Source: Chiloscyllium plagiosum (taxonomy: Eukaryota). Taken from it: a stretch of DNA of 64,000 nt. The position numbers and the translations under genes are program-made. The notes under the pieces are model-generated. The model made no database searches. It was not told the DNA's origin and saw only the letters and a list, made by a program, of their open reading frames with translations. This document shows, one piece after another, positions 35,301 to 50,300 of this stretch (position 1 is its first letter; each line of letters begins with the position of its first letter). The DNA is taken from positions 59,620,759 to 59,684,758 of the forward strand of contig NC_057719.1 of the NCBI RefSeq assembly GCF_004010195.1, given 5' to 3'.

Positions 35301-38300
35301 ACTGAAATGAGTAGTGCAATTAAAATTCAGTCAACAGTGTGATTATTTTGTCTAGTCTAGTTTTACAGCAATTCTTATTAAAACAGTGTCTTTATTTTCA
35401 CCCCATCCATAATGATTTGGAACTGTATGTTTTACTGATAGACTTGCATGATATTGAGGATTAACATGCAATAATTACATAATATGTTCATTGTTGTAGG
35501 CAAATTCTCATGCAATACTGAATGAAGGGAGGGGATTGTGCATAATTGAACAAAAAAAACAATGAGAAAACCTGATCAACTGTATCTTATTCCTTTAGAG
35601 GTGCAACCTTACGCATTATTCACCAACCTCTAAATCCTATTGCCATAGGAGAGGGGGCAGAAACTGCAGCCAGTTCTAGGATGATCGCTTGTGATTGGAA
35701 AGACAACCAAGAAAAGTTGCAACCTATTTGGAAGTGCAGCATTTCCTTGTATGACTGTCAAGTTCTTTTCTATTAATCACTCGAGGCTCAGAATGTGTCA
35801 GTAGATTGTCCTGGAGGCTGATGATTGCCATTTATTCTAAATCTGCATTTTGATTTTATGGAGAGAGCCTCTATTCCTACCTTCTGTGTACATTTTAAAT
35901 AACAATCAGCTAGACAGTTTATTTGCTTTCAAAGCCAGTGTTTATTGCCCATCCCTACTTGCCCTTGTGCTAGCTTCTTGAACTCCTGTAGATGTGTGCT
36001 GTAGGTAGATCCCTGGTGCTGTTGGGAAGGGAGTTCCAGCATTTTGACCCAATGACCCAGAAGGAATAGCAATATATTTCTAAGTCAGAGTGGTGAGTGG
36101 CTTGGAGGGGAATTACGGCAAATTAATTCCTGTGGTGCAGTGTTTAAGTCAACATTCCAGGTCACTAAAGAAGTTGGCAATTGTAAGTGCATTGATCACC
36201 ATCTTCTGAAATTCTATACAGGAAGGCATTTTTAACCAGTATGCTGAGGAACCCACTAGAAAGCATGTTATCTTAGATTTGGTTTTGTGTAATGAAATGG
36301 AGTTAATAATCTTTTTGTGTGAAGTACTTCAGGAAAAATAGGATAACATGATTGTATTCATCACTGGGATTGAAAATGAAGTAGTCCAATCCAAAACTAT
36401 GCTTTAATCCTAAATGAAAGAAAAATTGAAAGGTGAGTTGGCTGCGATAGACTGGGTAATCTCACTAAAAACATGATAGTGAGTAGGCAGTGGTTACTAT
36501 TTAAAGAATGAATGCATGCATTGTCACCATTCTACTTTCTTCTTGGGCAAAGGATTACATCAGGAAAAATGGCCCAATTATGGCGAACAAAACAAATTAA
36601 GTATAGATTTACACCCAAAGAGGAGTCAGATAAAATTGCTAGAGAAAGTACCAAACCTGAGAACTAGGAGTGGTTTGGAAATCAGTGAAGGAGGACTAAG
36701 AGGTTGATTAGAGAAGAAAAATAGTGAGAGTAAACTTGCAAGTACATAAAAGTAGACTGTAAGAGCCTCTATAAATTTGTAAAAAAAAATTAGTGAACAC
36801 AAATATAAGCCTCTTGCAGTCTGAAATGGGAAAATTGATAATGGAGAACAAGGAAGTGGCAGAGCAGTTGAACAACTGGTTTAGATCTGACTTCACAGAA
36901 AAAGACAAAAAAATCCTAGAAGGGCTCGGGAAGCAAATATCTTTTGGAAAAGAGGAATGGAAAGAGACTAGTATTAATTTTTTAAAAAGTGGTAGAGAAA
37001 GAAATGGGACTGAAAGCTGACAAGTCCCCAGGGTCTGATAATTAACATCCCAGGTCACTTAAACAAATTGGCAATCAAAATCACAAATACATTAATTGCC
37101 ATGTTTTGAAATTCTATACATCGGAGGATGAGAAATATAAACCACTATTTAAAGATGAGAGAGGGAGAAAAATGAGGGGGGATAAACACTAAGTCTAACA
37201 TCAGAAGGCCATTAGAGTGCCACAGGGATCAGTAACTCCACAGGGAGGAGGTCAATTAGCTCAGTTGGCTAGGTGTCTAGTTTGCAAAGCAGAGTGATGC
37301 CTAATTGTGTGGGGTTCAACTCCTACACTGGGTGAGATTAGTACGAATAACTCAAATTTTATGGGCGGCACAGTGGTTAGCACTGTTGCCTCACAGCGCC
37401 AGAGACCCGGGTTCATTTCCCGCCTCAGGCGACTGACTGTGTGGAGTTTGCACATTCTCCCCGTGTCTGCGTGGATTTCCTCCGGGTGCTCCGGTTTCCT
37501 CCCACAGTCCAAAAATGTGCAGGTAAGGTGAATTGGTCATGCTAAATTGCCCGTAGTGTTAGGTAAAGGGTAAATGTAGGAGTATGGGTGGGTTGCGCTT
37601 CGGCGGGTCGGTGTGGACTTGTTGGGCCGAAGGGCCTGTTTCCACACTGTAATGTAATCTAAAAATTTAATCTAACTGGGCCCACAATTATTTATAATAT
37701 ATATTAATGATTTGGATGATGGATGTAAAGGTACTATCACCAAGTTTGCGAATGACATGGAGTTTACAGAGGCTAATTAACAGATTAAGTGAGTGGGCAA
37801 AAACTTGGCAGATGGAATATAATGTGGAAAAATGAGGTTATGGTCGAAAGAATAGAAGGGCTGATTATTGTTTAAATGGGGGAAGACTGCAGAAAGCTGC
37901 AAAACCAAGGGGTTAGAGGGTTCTTATGCATTAATGGGGGTGGGGGGGGAAGCTAGCATCTAACTTCAGGTTTTAGGGAGGCAAATGAAGTGTTGATCTT
38001 TATTCTAAAAGGAATGGAGTATAAGAATAGGGATGTTTTGCTAAAATTACAAGGCGCCAGTCAGACCACTTGGTCTCAAAAGATTCACGCGGTGAGAAAG
38101 ACTGTTTTCGAGAGGTTGAGTAGGTTGGGGTCATACACGTTGGAATTTAGAAGAATGAAAGGAAACCTGGTCTGTTTTGATAAGATTCATAGGAGCTTGT
38201 CAGGCTGGATACAGAGAGCTTATTCCCCTGTGTGCGTGTCTCGGACTATAGGGCATAATCTCACAGTAAAAGATCATCTATTTAAGATAGATGAAAATAT

Positions 38301-41300
38301 TTTTCTGCTGTAGTAAATCTGTGGAATTCTTTACCACAGATTGCTGTTGAGGTTAGGTTATTCAGTATGTTCAAAGCTGAGAATGATAGATTTCTAATCA
38401 ATAAAGGGAATTATAAGGCTTTATAAGACTCTTCAGGGGGTGGGGTGGGTGTGTGGTCAGACTACGTTTAGACTATTGTGAGCAATTTTGGGCCCCATAC
38501 CTTAGGAAGGATGTATTGGCTCTGGGGTAGGTCCAGAGGAGGTTCATGAAGATGATCCCAGGATTAAAAGGCTTAACATATGAGGAATGTTTGAGGACTC
38601 TTGGACTATACTCGATGGAGCTTAGAAAGATGAGGGGGTATTTGATTGAAATTCCAGAATACTGAACCGTCTGGACAGAATGGACGTTGGGAAGATGTGT
38701 CCATTGGCAGGAGAGATGAGGACCCAAGGGGCATAGCCTTGGATTGAAGAAGGGAATACCTTTTAGAACGGAGATAAGGAGAAACTTCTTTAGCCAGAGA
38801 GTGGTGAATCTGTGGAATTCATTGCCACAGAAGGTTGTGGAGGCCAGGTCATTGGGTATATTTAAAACAGAGATAGATAAGTTCTTGATTGCCAAGGGCA
38901 TCAAAGATTACAAGGAGAAAGCAGGAAAATGAGGTTGAAATGCTGGAGCAGGCTTGATGGGCGAATGGCCTAATTTCTGCTCCTATGTCTTATGGTCTGA
39001 TGGAATTCAGGTTTATGGGGATATGGCTGGAAATTGGAGTTGAGGATTATAAGATCAACTATGTTCTTATTGAATGGTGGGATAAACCTGATGAGCAAAC
39101 TGATTTACTTCTGTTCCTACATTTTATGATCTTGTGTTGTAAGGTATTCTGGATTCTATTGTAAACTATGTGATAACAGTCACTTAGAAAACACCAATAG
39201 CATTACACAAAAGCAGCATGGATTTATGAAAGTCAATTACATTTGACAAAACTACTGGAGTTTCTTGACAACTGAATTAGTTGAATAGATGAGGAAAATA
39301 TGTGGATGTGGTGTATTTGGATTTTCAGAGAAGTTTTGATAAAATCCCACAATAAAAACAAAGCATGTCATATTGGTTGTAATATACTGGCATGCATTGT
39401 GAATTGGTAATCAGGCAAGAAACAAAGTCAGAATAAAGGGATCTTTTGCAGAGTGGAAGCTAGTGGTAATCAAATGTATTATTTTCAAGCTTATTGACAA
39501 TGCAAAAGTGGAATTGAGTGTGGTAAGGAGGATGTAAAGAGCATTCAAGGCAATTTAGACAGGCTGAATGAATACACATCAAAATGGCAGATGCAATATA
39601 ATGTAGTTAAGTGTGAAGTTGTCCACTTCAGTATGAAAACTATAATGGCAGAATATTACATAATTGGCGATAACTTCTGAAATGTTGATGTAGAATGAGA
39701 TCTTTGTATCATCCTCCACTGGTCACTGAAATTAAACATGCAAGTACAGTAATCGATTAAGTCAAATGCTAATTTAGCCTTCATTGCAATAGGGTTTGAG
39801 TACAGGAACAAGGAAGCTTTACTTCAGCTGTACAGGGTGAGACCACACTTGGAGTTTGTGCACAGTTTTGGTCTCCTTACCTAAGAAAATACACACTTGC
39901 TATAGTGGGAATGCAACAATGTTTTACCAGACTGATTTCTAGAATGGCAGCTTTGTTGTAGGATGAGAGATCGAGTCTGCTAGGACTGAATTCACTGAGT
40001 TTGGAAGAATGAAAGAAAATGCTGTTGAAGTATATAAAACTCTGACAGGGCTGAATAGACTGAATGCAAGGATGATGATTCCCCTTGACCAAGGATGGTC
40101 CAGAATAAGAGGTTGTGATTTCAGGTTATACAGTAGGCTATTTTGGACTGAGGTGGGAGAAATTTCTTCATTCAAGAGTTTGGTGTACCACAGAATAATG
40201 TAGAATCATTGAACATGTTGAAGAAAGAAGTATATTTCTAGAGGCTGAAGGTGTCAAAGCATATGGGAGGAGAACAGGAGACTGGCATAAGGGATGAGCT
40301 GTTGATCATGTTGAATGGCAGAGTGAGTTCATTGGACCAAATGGCTGCCTCCTCCTTCCTATTTTCTATATTTCTGTGTTTGAGGTTATGCCTCTTAAGA
40401 TTGTTTTTCAGTGCCCTTGAAGTGGAAAATGTATAGGCTAGCTCATTTAATCTTGTAGTAGCTGGTCATGTCACGGTCCCCAGATCATGCTATTCTTTAA
40501 CGCTCTTTATAATTGTACAGCTTATGAATGATCTGTGGTACTGAATTGTTCAAAACCTGCAAGTTGAAATAGTAATGGTTAGGGCTGGGTCTAAGATTGA
40601 CTTCCTCTGCTATCTTTCCATAGTTTTTTTTTTCCACTCTTTTCAGCAACAAAAGCTGGACATAGTTCTATAAATTGGAACCTGCCAAAGCCTATGTTGC
40701 CTAAGTGGCAATTGACCTTGGCAGTGCAGTCTATAATGTTGTCTCTACTGTTTGTGCATATTAACAAACTATTACATTTCATAGCGTCCTGCATTGAGAG
40801 AATATGCCAGGAGTGACTGAGCTTCTGACAGTCACTGCATTTGTCTGCATTATATAACATTCACCTCACGTGAGCTCTTTTGCTTAATATCTCTTGCATA
40901 GTCTGAGTTATGGGCTTTCCCATTGCCTTGAGCAACTTTGAGAAATTAAAGCAACCGATCTTTAGTAAATTAGACTTGTCTAAAACAGTTGTGGTTAGAA
41001 ACATAGAATTTTACAGTACAGAAGGAGATTATTCGACCCACTGTGTCAGAAAGAACTACCCAGGCAGTTCCATTCTCTAGGCCTATCTCCACAGCCCTCT
41101 AAATTCATCACTTTCAAAAATATATCCAGCTTTTTTGTTTTGAAATGTCTTGCGGAATCAGCCTCCACCGCTTTTCCAAGCAACATATTCCAAATCCTAA
41201 CAACTGAGTAAAGAAGTTTCTCATCTCACGCCTCGCTCTCTTGCTGGCAATCTTGAAATTGTGATCCCTAGTTCCTGGCACACCAACTAATGGAAACAGA

Positions 41301-44300
41301 AAATTCTCCTTTATCCTGTCAAAATTGTTCATAATTTGAACATTTCAATAAAGTCACTTCCTAACCACATCTGCTCCAAAGAAAATAAGCCCAATATCTC
41401 TAATCTTTCCTTGTATCTGATGCAAAAATCTGTCCTATTCGTTGGACAGTGTTACTTTCATATGAACTGTACCAAGTCTTTTAAGAACTTATGCAGTCCT
41501 TGATTGCCCTCTGATGTTTAACATTGGTGAGTTAAGGTTTGCAACTGTCCGATATTTTTAATGCTATTTTTACATTCTTCGTGTGGAAACATTTATCTTT
41601 TGCTAATGTAAATTTATCTACATTTAAATATAGCTATGAAGCACAAATATTTTCCTGTACTATTTCACAAAATTAAATTATTGAAATTTGTATTAGGTTA
41701 ATCTTCGTTTTTGGTGATTTATCCTGGAGAAATAACCTTTCAATTAGGTTACAGACATGATGAGTTCAACAGCTTAGTTTTATTTATTTTTCATACTGAT
41801 GATGAGTTCAAGCATGTGTAATGTACTCTTCGTATTGTGGCGTTTTCCACCGTACCAGAATTATTAAGCTAAAGAAAATGTTCAAACTTTTCATCTATGA
41901 TTTATAAAATATGATCGTTCGCAGGTCATTCCTGACCATACAGACTATGTTTAACAGTATTGTAATTCTCAATACAAAAATAATGTTAAATATTTGACAT
42001 AGAAAAGGGAGACCAAATTAATTATAACTTGCATTTTTGCATACTCGACATACTAACTATTTCTTGTAAATTTCTTTGCAATCTGCTTTATAATTAGTAT
42101 GAATTTGCACATTGACTATTCATATCATAGGTTATAATGATGGTTAAGCTCAAACCGTTCATAGCTCATCTCCTGAACCCACAAATTTAATTATGCTCTT
42201 ATCTGTTTTAACAATCATAACCTCAGTCAATCGAACTACATATTTGAAAGCCAAAGGGCACAATTTCCTTTGCATTGTATGAAGTTAAATAATAGATATG
42301 ATCTAGATAAATATATGACTATTACATAACACACACAAACAATCCTTTCCTGAGAGACCCATTACAGCTTGATCGTTACAGATCAGTGTACTACATGGTT
42401 CACAGAAGTGTGATAGTAAAAAAATGTATGGTTCTAAAGGGAAAGTTAATTGTTTTATGTCTGGTTTTGCATTGTGCAATGTTGAAATATGCATAAAAAG
42501 CACCAATATAAATCTTTTTTTAATGTATTCATATACCAAAGACATAAGTGTCAGTAAATATTAGGAAGAATTAACCTTTGTGGGTTTAGTTGGATATGCA
42601 GGTCCAGCCAAAATTGTTAAATGTAGTTAATCAGTACATTTTGGGAAGAAAAGACTGTGTGGACCAGGCTCTTAAGTATTACTATTCTGATGTGATACTC
42701 AGTGAAAACTAGACTGTTACATTCGCATTTTAAATCTTAGCATTCCCACTGAGCAATAATTCATTTTTAAATGAATTATTTTCTCTTGCAGATATAGCCA
42801 ACCAAAAATTAACATTGGCAAAAATATGACCATAAATTGGTTTTTCAATCAAATTGTTTTGTTAATACTAAAAATGTATTATTCTGTATTTACTAATTTT
42901 GAATATAATGTTTTAGGAGTAAAATGCCCTTCTATCCAGAAATCACTTCTTCTAATGTCTGCATCAAATTTCTGAATCCGTTACTGGCACAGATGAGATC
43001 ATTTGATAATTTGTCAAGTTTCGAGCAATGGTTCAAACTTAGTAGCATCCCCACTGTCCAACAGCATGTTACAGTTTTGTGATATGCCCATTAAAGACTA
43101 ATTAAACTTGTTTCACTTAAGATACCTTGAGGTTATCATTTAAGAATAGATTCATTCTTTAAACGCAGGCCTAGGAATTGTTGAGACACCAAGTGAATTG
43201 CATGATTTCCCTTTAGTTTTGAATGGTAACATATAAGATACATTTGTTGGAATGATCAGTTTGATAAATTCCCATTGCTCATTATTTGCCATATTAGTTT
43301 TGGAAAACTACTTTACAGCTTGGTAATGTGTTCATAATTTTGTTTCAGATTTTTCTTGAAGGTATCAGAATTATTTGAAAAAACAAGGGTATGTCACTTT
43401 TGCATGCATATAGTTTCACTAACTTTCCAAATTTTGAAATTTAGCTGAACTTTCCTTCATAGGATTTTTTTTTGTATGCCATAAGCCTATTGTCATTTTA
43501 TTCAGCATTGTTATAGATTTACAACTCCTCCATACATGTAGCACATTTTAACATAGAGAGAAAAAAATTCTTGAGGTGTTTTATATGGGTGTTAGAAACA
43601 CAAACCAAACCTTGGGTGAAGGACATGAATTTATTTTTAGGAGAATCTTGGAGGAGGAGGTATGAAGGAAGGAGGATTCTGGAGGGATCTCCAAAGTTTG
43701 GGACTTGGGTAGTTGAAGGCGCAATTATAAATGTTGAGATGGAGAAAGAAGGAAATGTACAAAAAGCCAAAGTCAGGAATGAAGAATTTGGTGGTTTTCA
43801 TTTGACAGCACAGACTTTACAATTGAGGAAGGTGGTGGAGAGCTAAAGCTGGATGCTGTCAGTATATTTGGATACAGGGCTGGGGAGGAGTTCTAAAACT
43901 AGGGTCAGATCAGGTCATCAAGGGACCTAACATAAGATTGAAAGTATTAATTTGCAAATAGTAGGCGATTCTGAGAATACGTGGGTCAGTGTGGTTGGGG
44001 TGATATGTTTCTACGTGGGGTTTGGATGAGTTGAAGAATTTGGAGCATTAAGGAAGGGAGAGCATTGAAGTAGTTGAGTGGAAGTGAAAATGGCAGTAGT
44101 TGAGTTCTTGTTAGATTGGAGGAGGTCAACAAAGTTACAGATGTGCAAGTAAAGGAGGGTATGGGATCAGATATTTGGCTCCAGCTCTCTCAGGATGCTG
44201 AGTTTGCAAAATAGACAGGAAGGAGGCAGCATGAGGAGGTAGAGAAATTGACATTTCAGTGTAACCCTTCTTCAGGACGGGGAGTGGGTGTAGGGGGAGC

Positions 44301-47300
44301 TGCAAATAAAGGGGTGGCGGGGGCAGGGTGGTGAAGTGGAAATGGGTGAACACAGGTAGAAGGTTAGTTAATGGGAGGAATGAATCCGGCTGGTGGCAGG
44401 GCACAGTATCAGTAAGGGGAAGGGGCTGGGAAGGGAGTCAGGGGATGGGAACGGAGGTTATTTGAAATTGGAGAACTCAATGTTGAGTCCTCCAGGCTGT
44501 AGGCTGCCCAGGTGGAAGATAACCCCCCTTTCCATCCCTGACTCCCTTCCCAGCCCCTCCCCCTCCCTGCCACCAACCGGACTCATTCCTTCCATTGACC
44601 AACCAGGTCCTACCCTCTACCAGTCTTCACCTATCCCCACTTCACTACCCTGTCCTCGCCAACCCCTTTATCTGCAGCTCCCCCTCCACCCACCTCCAGT
44701 CCCTGAAGAAGGGTTAAACTCAAACTGTCGATTTCTCTACTTCCTGATGCTATCTGGCTTGCTGTGTTCTTCCTGCCTCCTGCCTATCTACTTTGGATTC
44801 CAGCATCTGCAGTTTTTTTTGTCTCTGTAACCGAGTTTGCAAAGTGGAGAGTGTGATGGAATTGGCAAGAGTATTGAGTTTATGATCAGTTTCAAAGGTG
44901 ATCCCAATGTTTAATTGGAAAAGTCTAAAGGTTGTCTAAACTTGGATGTCAGACAAAACATTTGACAGCACAGACTTTACAATTGGGGAAGGTGGTGGAG
45001 AGCTAAAGCTGGATGCTGTCAGTATATTTGGATAAGTTGGGCCAAAGGGCTTGTTTGCGAGCTGTATACCTCTGTGACTCTATATGTAAAAGCTTTACTT
45101 CTTGGAAATTATATCCAAAAACAATGTGCAGCTGAGACAGAGGAGTTGGGTTAGAGCTTTAAAATATATTAGTGTAAGGATAGAAAGAAAAGGACATCCA
45201 TTTACTTGACTGAATAAGTAAGATTATCTTAAAATGAGGGAAGTCCCCCTGATTTGAAGCAATGGGGGATAATCTTGGAGGAGGATGATCTCAAGAGTTG
45301 CAGCAATTATTCCTTGTGATAATTCAGAATTTGGGAGGATCGGCTGGATCAAGGGAGAACTATTTCAGAAGGGCTGTAATGGCAACCTTAATAAACATAA
45401 AGATTAGGGTATGAAATTGATCAGAAATTTAAGAGGAATGATGTCCAGGAAAGTGGAAGAGTGTCTTTGGGAGAGCTCAGTGAGGGCACTTGAGGATAGG
45501 AAAAAGACAGGCTAGGTCTGGGAGGAGGCTAGGGGTGTTTGGGATGGGGCGGAGGGACATTGAGAAAACTTTCCATAGACTTTTCATATTTGTTAAGAGA
45601 TGTGTGGGGGAGGGGAAGAGGGAAGGTTTAAGCAGATAGATAGTAGTGGAAAAAAGATGAATGTTTTTTACTCTCCCAAATTATCCAACAGTTGCATGGT
45701 AGGTTTTGGTGATGGAGAAAGTGTCCCAACAACACATGATGCGCTCCAGCCAGATTTGTTGACGAATAGCTAACTAGTTGTGTTTTGGTGGATACATTGA
45801 AGTCTACATTCCTTAAGTTGAGGGAATAATGCTGATTCTGCATCAGTGGGAATTCTCAGATGGAGAAAATTTGCAAGAAAAAGTTTTATGGAGATAAGGC
45901 CATCAAAGATGGAGGTGAGATAGAAGCTGAACAAATGAAGAGCTGCAAAAGTATTGAATTGAATCAAACAACAAAAATTAATTAAGCACTTGGGAGTTTG
46001 AGAAGTACAGTTGAAAATAACTTGGGCGTTTTTATTGCAAGGTGTTTGAAGTGATTGGATACTTGTGGTTGGCGGTTATGTAAGATGGCCTTGTTGGTAT
46101 TTTTGACCATGAGGATAGAGTTAACGGGGATGACTAGATTGAAGTTGTTACTTTGGATATAATTTGGAGTGTATATAGAAGAAGAGATTTGGGGAGAACG
46201 AGATGAGTGAATTTACAAGAGTGAATTGAGAAGGAGATTGAAATCAGTTAGGATAAGTTAGTAGTGCAAATGGTGAAAGAACAAAAAAGGAAGGATAACT
46301 TGATGAAAAACTTTAAGGTGGATGGAAGTTGATGAGTATTTTAAACCACAGTTTGAACCGATGAGATGTTCAAAGAGAGAGAAAATACCAGAAGAAGAGA
46401 CAGAAATCCCAAAATGTAGAATACTTTTTCTCGTTAGGACATTTAATAGGTAGAAAATCATGTTCTGGGAATCCACAACTTTCCAGTACGTGGTCCCAGT
46501 GTGTGCTGGGAACACAGAACTGGATAATCTTCCCATTGACTTCCCTGTTGGGTCAGAGACCTTGTTGTATTGGAAGTTACAGGTGCCAATGTACATCATA
46601 ACAGTATCCAGAGCAGTATGTCAAAATGAGCTGATGTGATCTCTGGATGTTAGCAGTCATTAAATTTATTTCAGTATAGTTTGTAGTAAACTTTTTATGT
46701 TAAATAAGTCCTGATTACAAAGCCTTGGGAATAACTATCCGAACATGGTAGACTGACGCACTTAGAGGGGTAAGTCGCAGGAAAATGTGCGGTGGTCTCC
46801 TTCTGTGTTGTAATCTCGATAAATTCCCTTTTTTATCCTCGCTGAAAATTTTTGACTTTAAAGTAGCATATTGGTTTTTAAAAAAAACTGTTTTGAGTTG
46901 CATCTGCTCCATTGCTGCTATTTGTGCTTATACTATTTTTTTTACTTTAACTATTGCAAGAAAGAGTTTACTTTGTATTCATACTGTTTGATCATTCAAA
47001 TAAGTAATAGTCTGAGTTAAAATTATAATCTGATATCAAGTTAATCATTTTTGGAGAATGTGGTGGATTAAAAAACTTAGAAAAATGCATTTAAAGTATT
47101 TTTTTTAACTGGCAGTATTTATAGGTTTCAGGGTATTTTCTAAATTATCTGTATGCAAAGGGTCATTTTAAACATTTGTGTAGTTATTACAATTATCAGA
47201 AATAGGTGCAAAAAATTACAACTGCCTATTTGATCTTTATGTATGGACAGATTTTAATCATTCAATTTAGTTTAACTATTATGCATGAATTTTTGAGAAA

Positions 47301-50300
47301 ACATAGACTGATTTTGACATTAGATGACTTGCTTCTCCAGAGCCAACAGTAGAGCTTACTATCATTTTCTACTTGATTTCTTGCATTTATTTTACAGAAA
47401 ATAGAAGCACGGGTGTCAGCAGATGAAGATCTAAAACTTTCTGATCTTTTGAGGTATTATCTAAGGGAATCACAAGCTGGTAAGGTAAATATGTTTTAAT
47501 CAGTTGCTGTTTTACGTAACTTGTGTATTTCTGATTATATTCTTAGGATGTTCCTTGATATTCGCAGTAATTACTGTTTTATAAGTAGTATTGTTTTGAA
47601 ACTTTGTAAAAATAAAAGATCAAAACAATGGCATTTTAAAAAAGGAGGAAGCAGATAGCACATGGGAGGTGAAAAAGAAGCAGTGACCCCGCACAGCTTC
47701 TGACATTTACAATATTTAAAAGGCACTCGGATGGGTAAATGAATGGGAATGGTTTAGAGGAGTATGGGCCAAATGCAGGCACATGGCACTAGACTAACTT
47801 TGGATATCTGGTGGCATGGATGAATTGGATCAAAGGGTCTGTATCCATGCTGTATGGCTCTGTGACTGTCAATGACTGCGGTACCTGATTTGCTTGGTCT
47901 GTTTTAGTTCTGCTTTTTCTTTTCCTCCTTTTATAGTAGAATATCCCAAGGCAAACTGTATTATTTCCTGGGTCCACGATTCATTCCTTCACCAAAATGT
48001 GCCTGCCTGAGTTCTCTGTTACAAGGAACTGATTGAAATGAAGAATAGCAGAGACTCCTTTCTGCTATAACTTAGAAGTAATTTAGGAAAATATCTTCCG
48101 AGCCCCTGTGCCTTTTTTTTTTCGATGTCCCGTGAAATGAAATGGCTCAAACCCTTAGGATATCTGTTCAGCATGGATGCTTTGGACCGAAGGGTCTGTT
48201 TCCATGTAATATAAGTGAGTGTTTTGTAAACCCTAAACCTGAAACCCTACCTTTGTAGGGCCTCCCACCCATCCACCTCCTCTAACCTTAAACATCAGGG
48301 ACACATCAGGTAAGCTTCTGTACTTTTTTTACATTCTGATAAGGGGACTAGCAGGGATGGCAGTGCAGGGAGAGGAAAGTTCCTGCTGCATGATATTTGA
48401 GGTGAGTGACGCTATTCGTCTCCCATCCAAGTACATCTGCAAGAAGTGCACCCAACTCTCGCTCCTCCAAGACTACGTTAGGGAACAGGAGCGGGAGCTA
48501 GATGAACTTCGGATCATTCAGTAGGCAGAGGCTGCAATAGATAAGAGTTACAGGGACGTAGTTACTCCTAGGCATGAAGAAAGCTAGGTGACTGTTCAAA
48601 GAGAGGAGAAACAGCCAGTGCAGGGATCCCCTGGGTGGTTCCCCTGAAAAACTAGTATACCATTTTGGATACTGTTGGAGGGGACAACTTACCATTGGCA
48701 TGCAGTTGGGTGCAGGTCTCTGGCACAGAGTCTGTCCCTGTTGCACAGAAAGGAAGGAGGGAAAGGAGGAAAGTGTTAGTCATTGGGGACTCGATAGTTA
48801 GAGGGTCAAATAGAAGGTTTGTTGGGAACGAACGAGACTCACGGTTGGTGTGTTGCCTCCCAGTTGTCAGCGTCTGTGATGTCTCGGATCTTTGGGGTCT
48901 TGAAGGGTGACGGTGACCAGCCCCAAGTTATGGTCCATGTAGGTACCAATGACATATGTAGAAAAGGAGATAGGGATGTAAGGCAGGATTTCAGGGAGCT
49001 AGGATGGAAGCTGAGAACTAGAACAAACATAGTTGTTATCTCTGGTTTGTTAACCATGCCACGTGATAGCGAGGCAAGGAATAGAGAGAGATATCAGCTG
49101 AACACTTGACTTCAGGGATGGTGTAGGAGGGAGGGTTTCACATATGTGGATATTTAGGCCCATTCTGGGGAAGGTGGGACCTCTACAAACAGGACAGTCT
49201 TCACTTGAACCAGAGGGGTACCTAATATCCTAGGTGGGAAATTTGCTGGTGCTATTCGGGTAGGTTAAGCTCAGCAGGGGGATGGAACCTGAGGTGTAGT
49301 TCCAGTGCATAGGAGGATGAGAGTAGGGAGGGCATGGACAGGATTTCATGGTTACTGGAATGTGCTGGCAGGCAGCAAGCTGGTTTGAAGTGTGTCTACT
49401 TCAATGCCACAAGTATCCGAAATAAGGTAGGTGAGGTTGCAGCATGGATAGGTACCTGGGACTTCAATGCTGTGGCCGTTTCGGAGACCTGGATAGAGCA
49501 GGGTCAGGAATGGATGTTGCAGGTTCCAGGATTTAGATTTTTCATTAAGAACAGGGAAGGCGTTAAAAGAGGGGGAGGTGTGGCCTTGTTAGTCAAGGAC
49601 AGTATAACGATGGCTGAAAGAACTTTTGATGAGGACTCGATACTGAGGTGATATGGGCTGAGGTTAGAAACGGGGGGAGAGGTCACACCACTGGAAGTTT
49701 TTTATTAGTCTCCGCAGAGTTCCAGGGATGTGGAGGAGAGGGTCAGCAAAACGATTCTGGGTAGGAGTGAAAGGAACAGGGTGGTCATTATGGGGAACTT
49801 TAACTTTCCCAACATTGATTGGAAACTCTAGTACGTCGGATGGATCAGTTTTTGTCCAATGTATGCAGGAGGGTTTCCTAACACAGAATGTCAAAGGGCC
49901 GACGAGGGGAGGCCACAGTGGATCTGGTACTTGGTAATGAACCAGGTCAGGTGTTTGAGTTAGTGGAAGGTGAGCACTTTAGAGAGAGTGACCGTAATTC
50001 GGTTCCGTTTAGTGATGGAAAGGGATAGATACGTGCCATGGGCAAGAGTTATAAATGCGGGAAGGGCAATTATAATGCGAATAGGCAAGACTTAGGATGC
50101 ATAGAATGGGGTAGCAAAATGCAAGGGATGGCGACAATCGAAATGTGGAGCTGGTTTAAGGAACAGATATTAAATGTCCTTGACAGGTATGTCCCTGTCA
50201 GGCAGGGACGAAGTGATAAGGTAAGGGAACCATGGTTTACTAAAGAAATTGCATCTCTTGTTAAGCAGAAGAAGGAGGCTTATGTGACGTTGAGACGAGA

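Noticed and set aside
41758..41815. C/D box snoRNA (ATGATGA...CTGA)
   Set aside because: Only ~43 nt between boxes and no terminal stem; better explained as a 13-bp direct repeat ATGATGAGTTCAA
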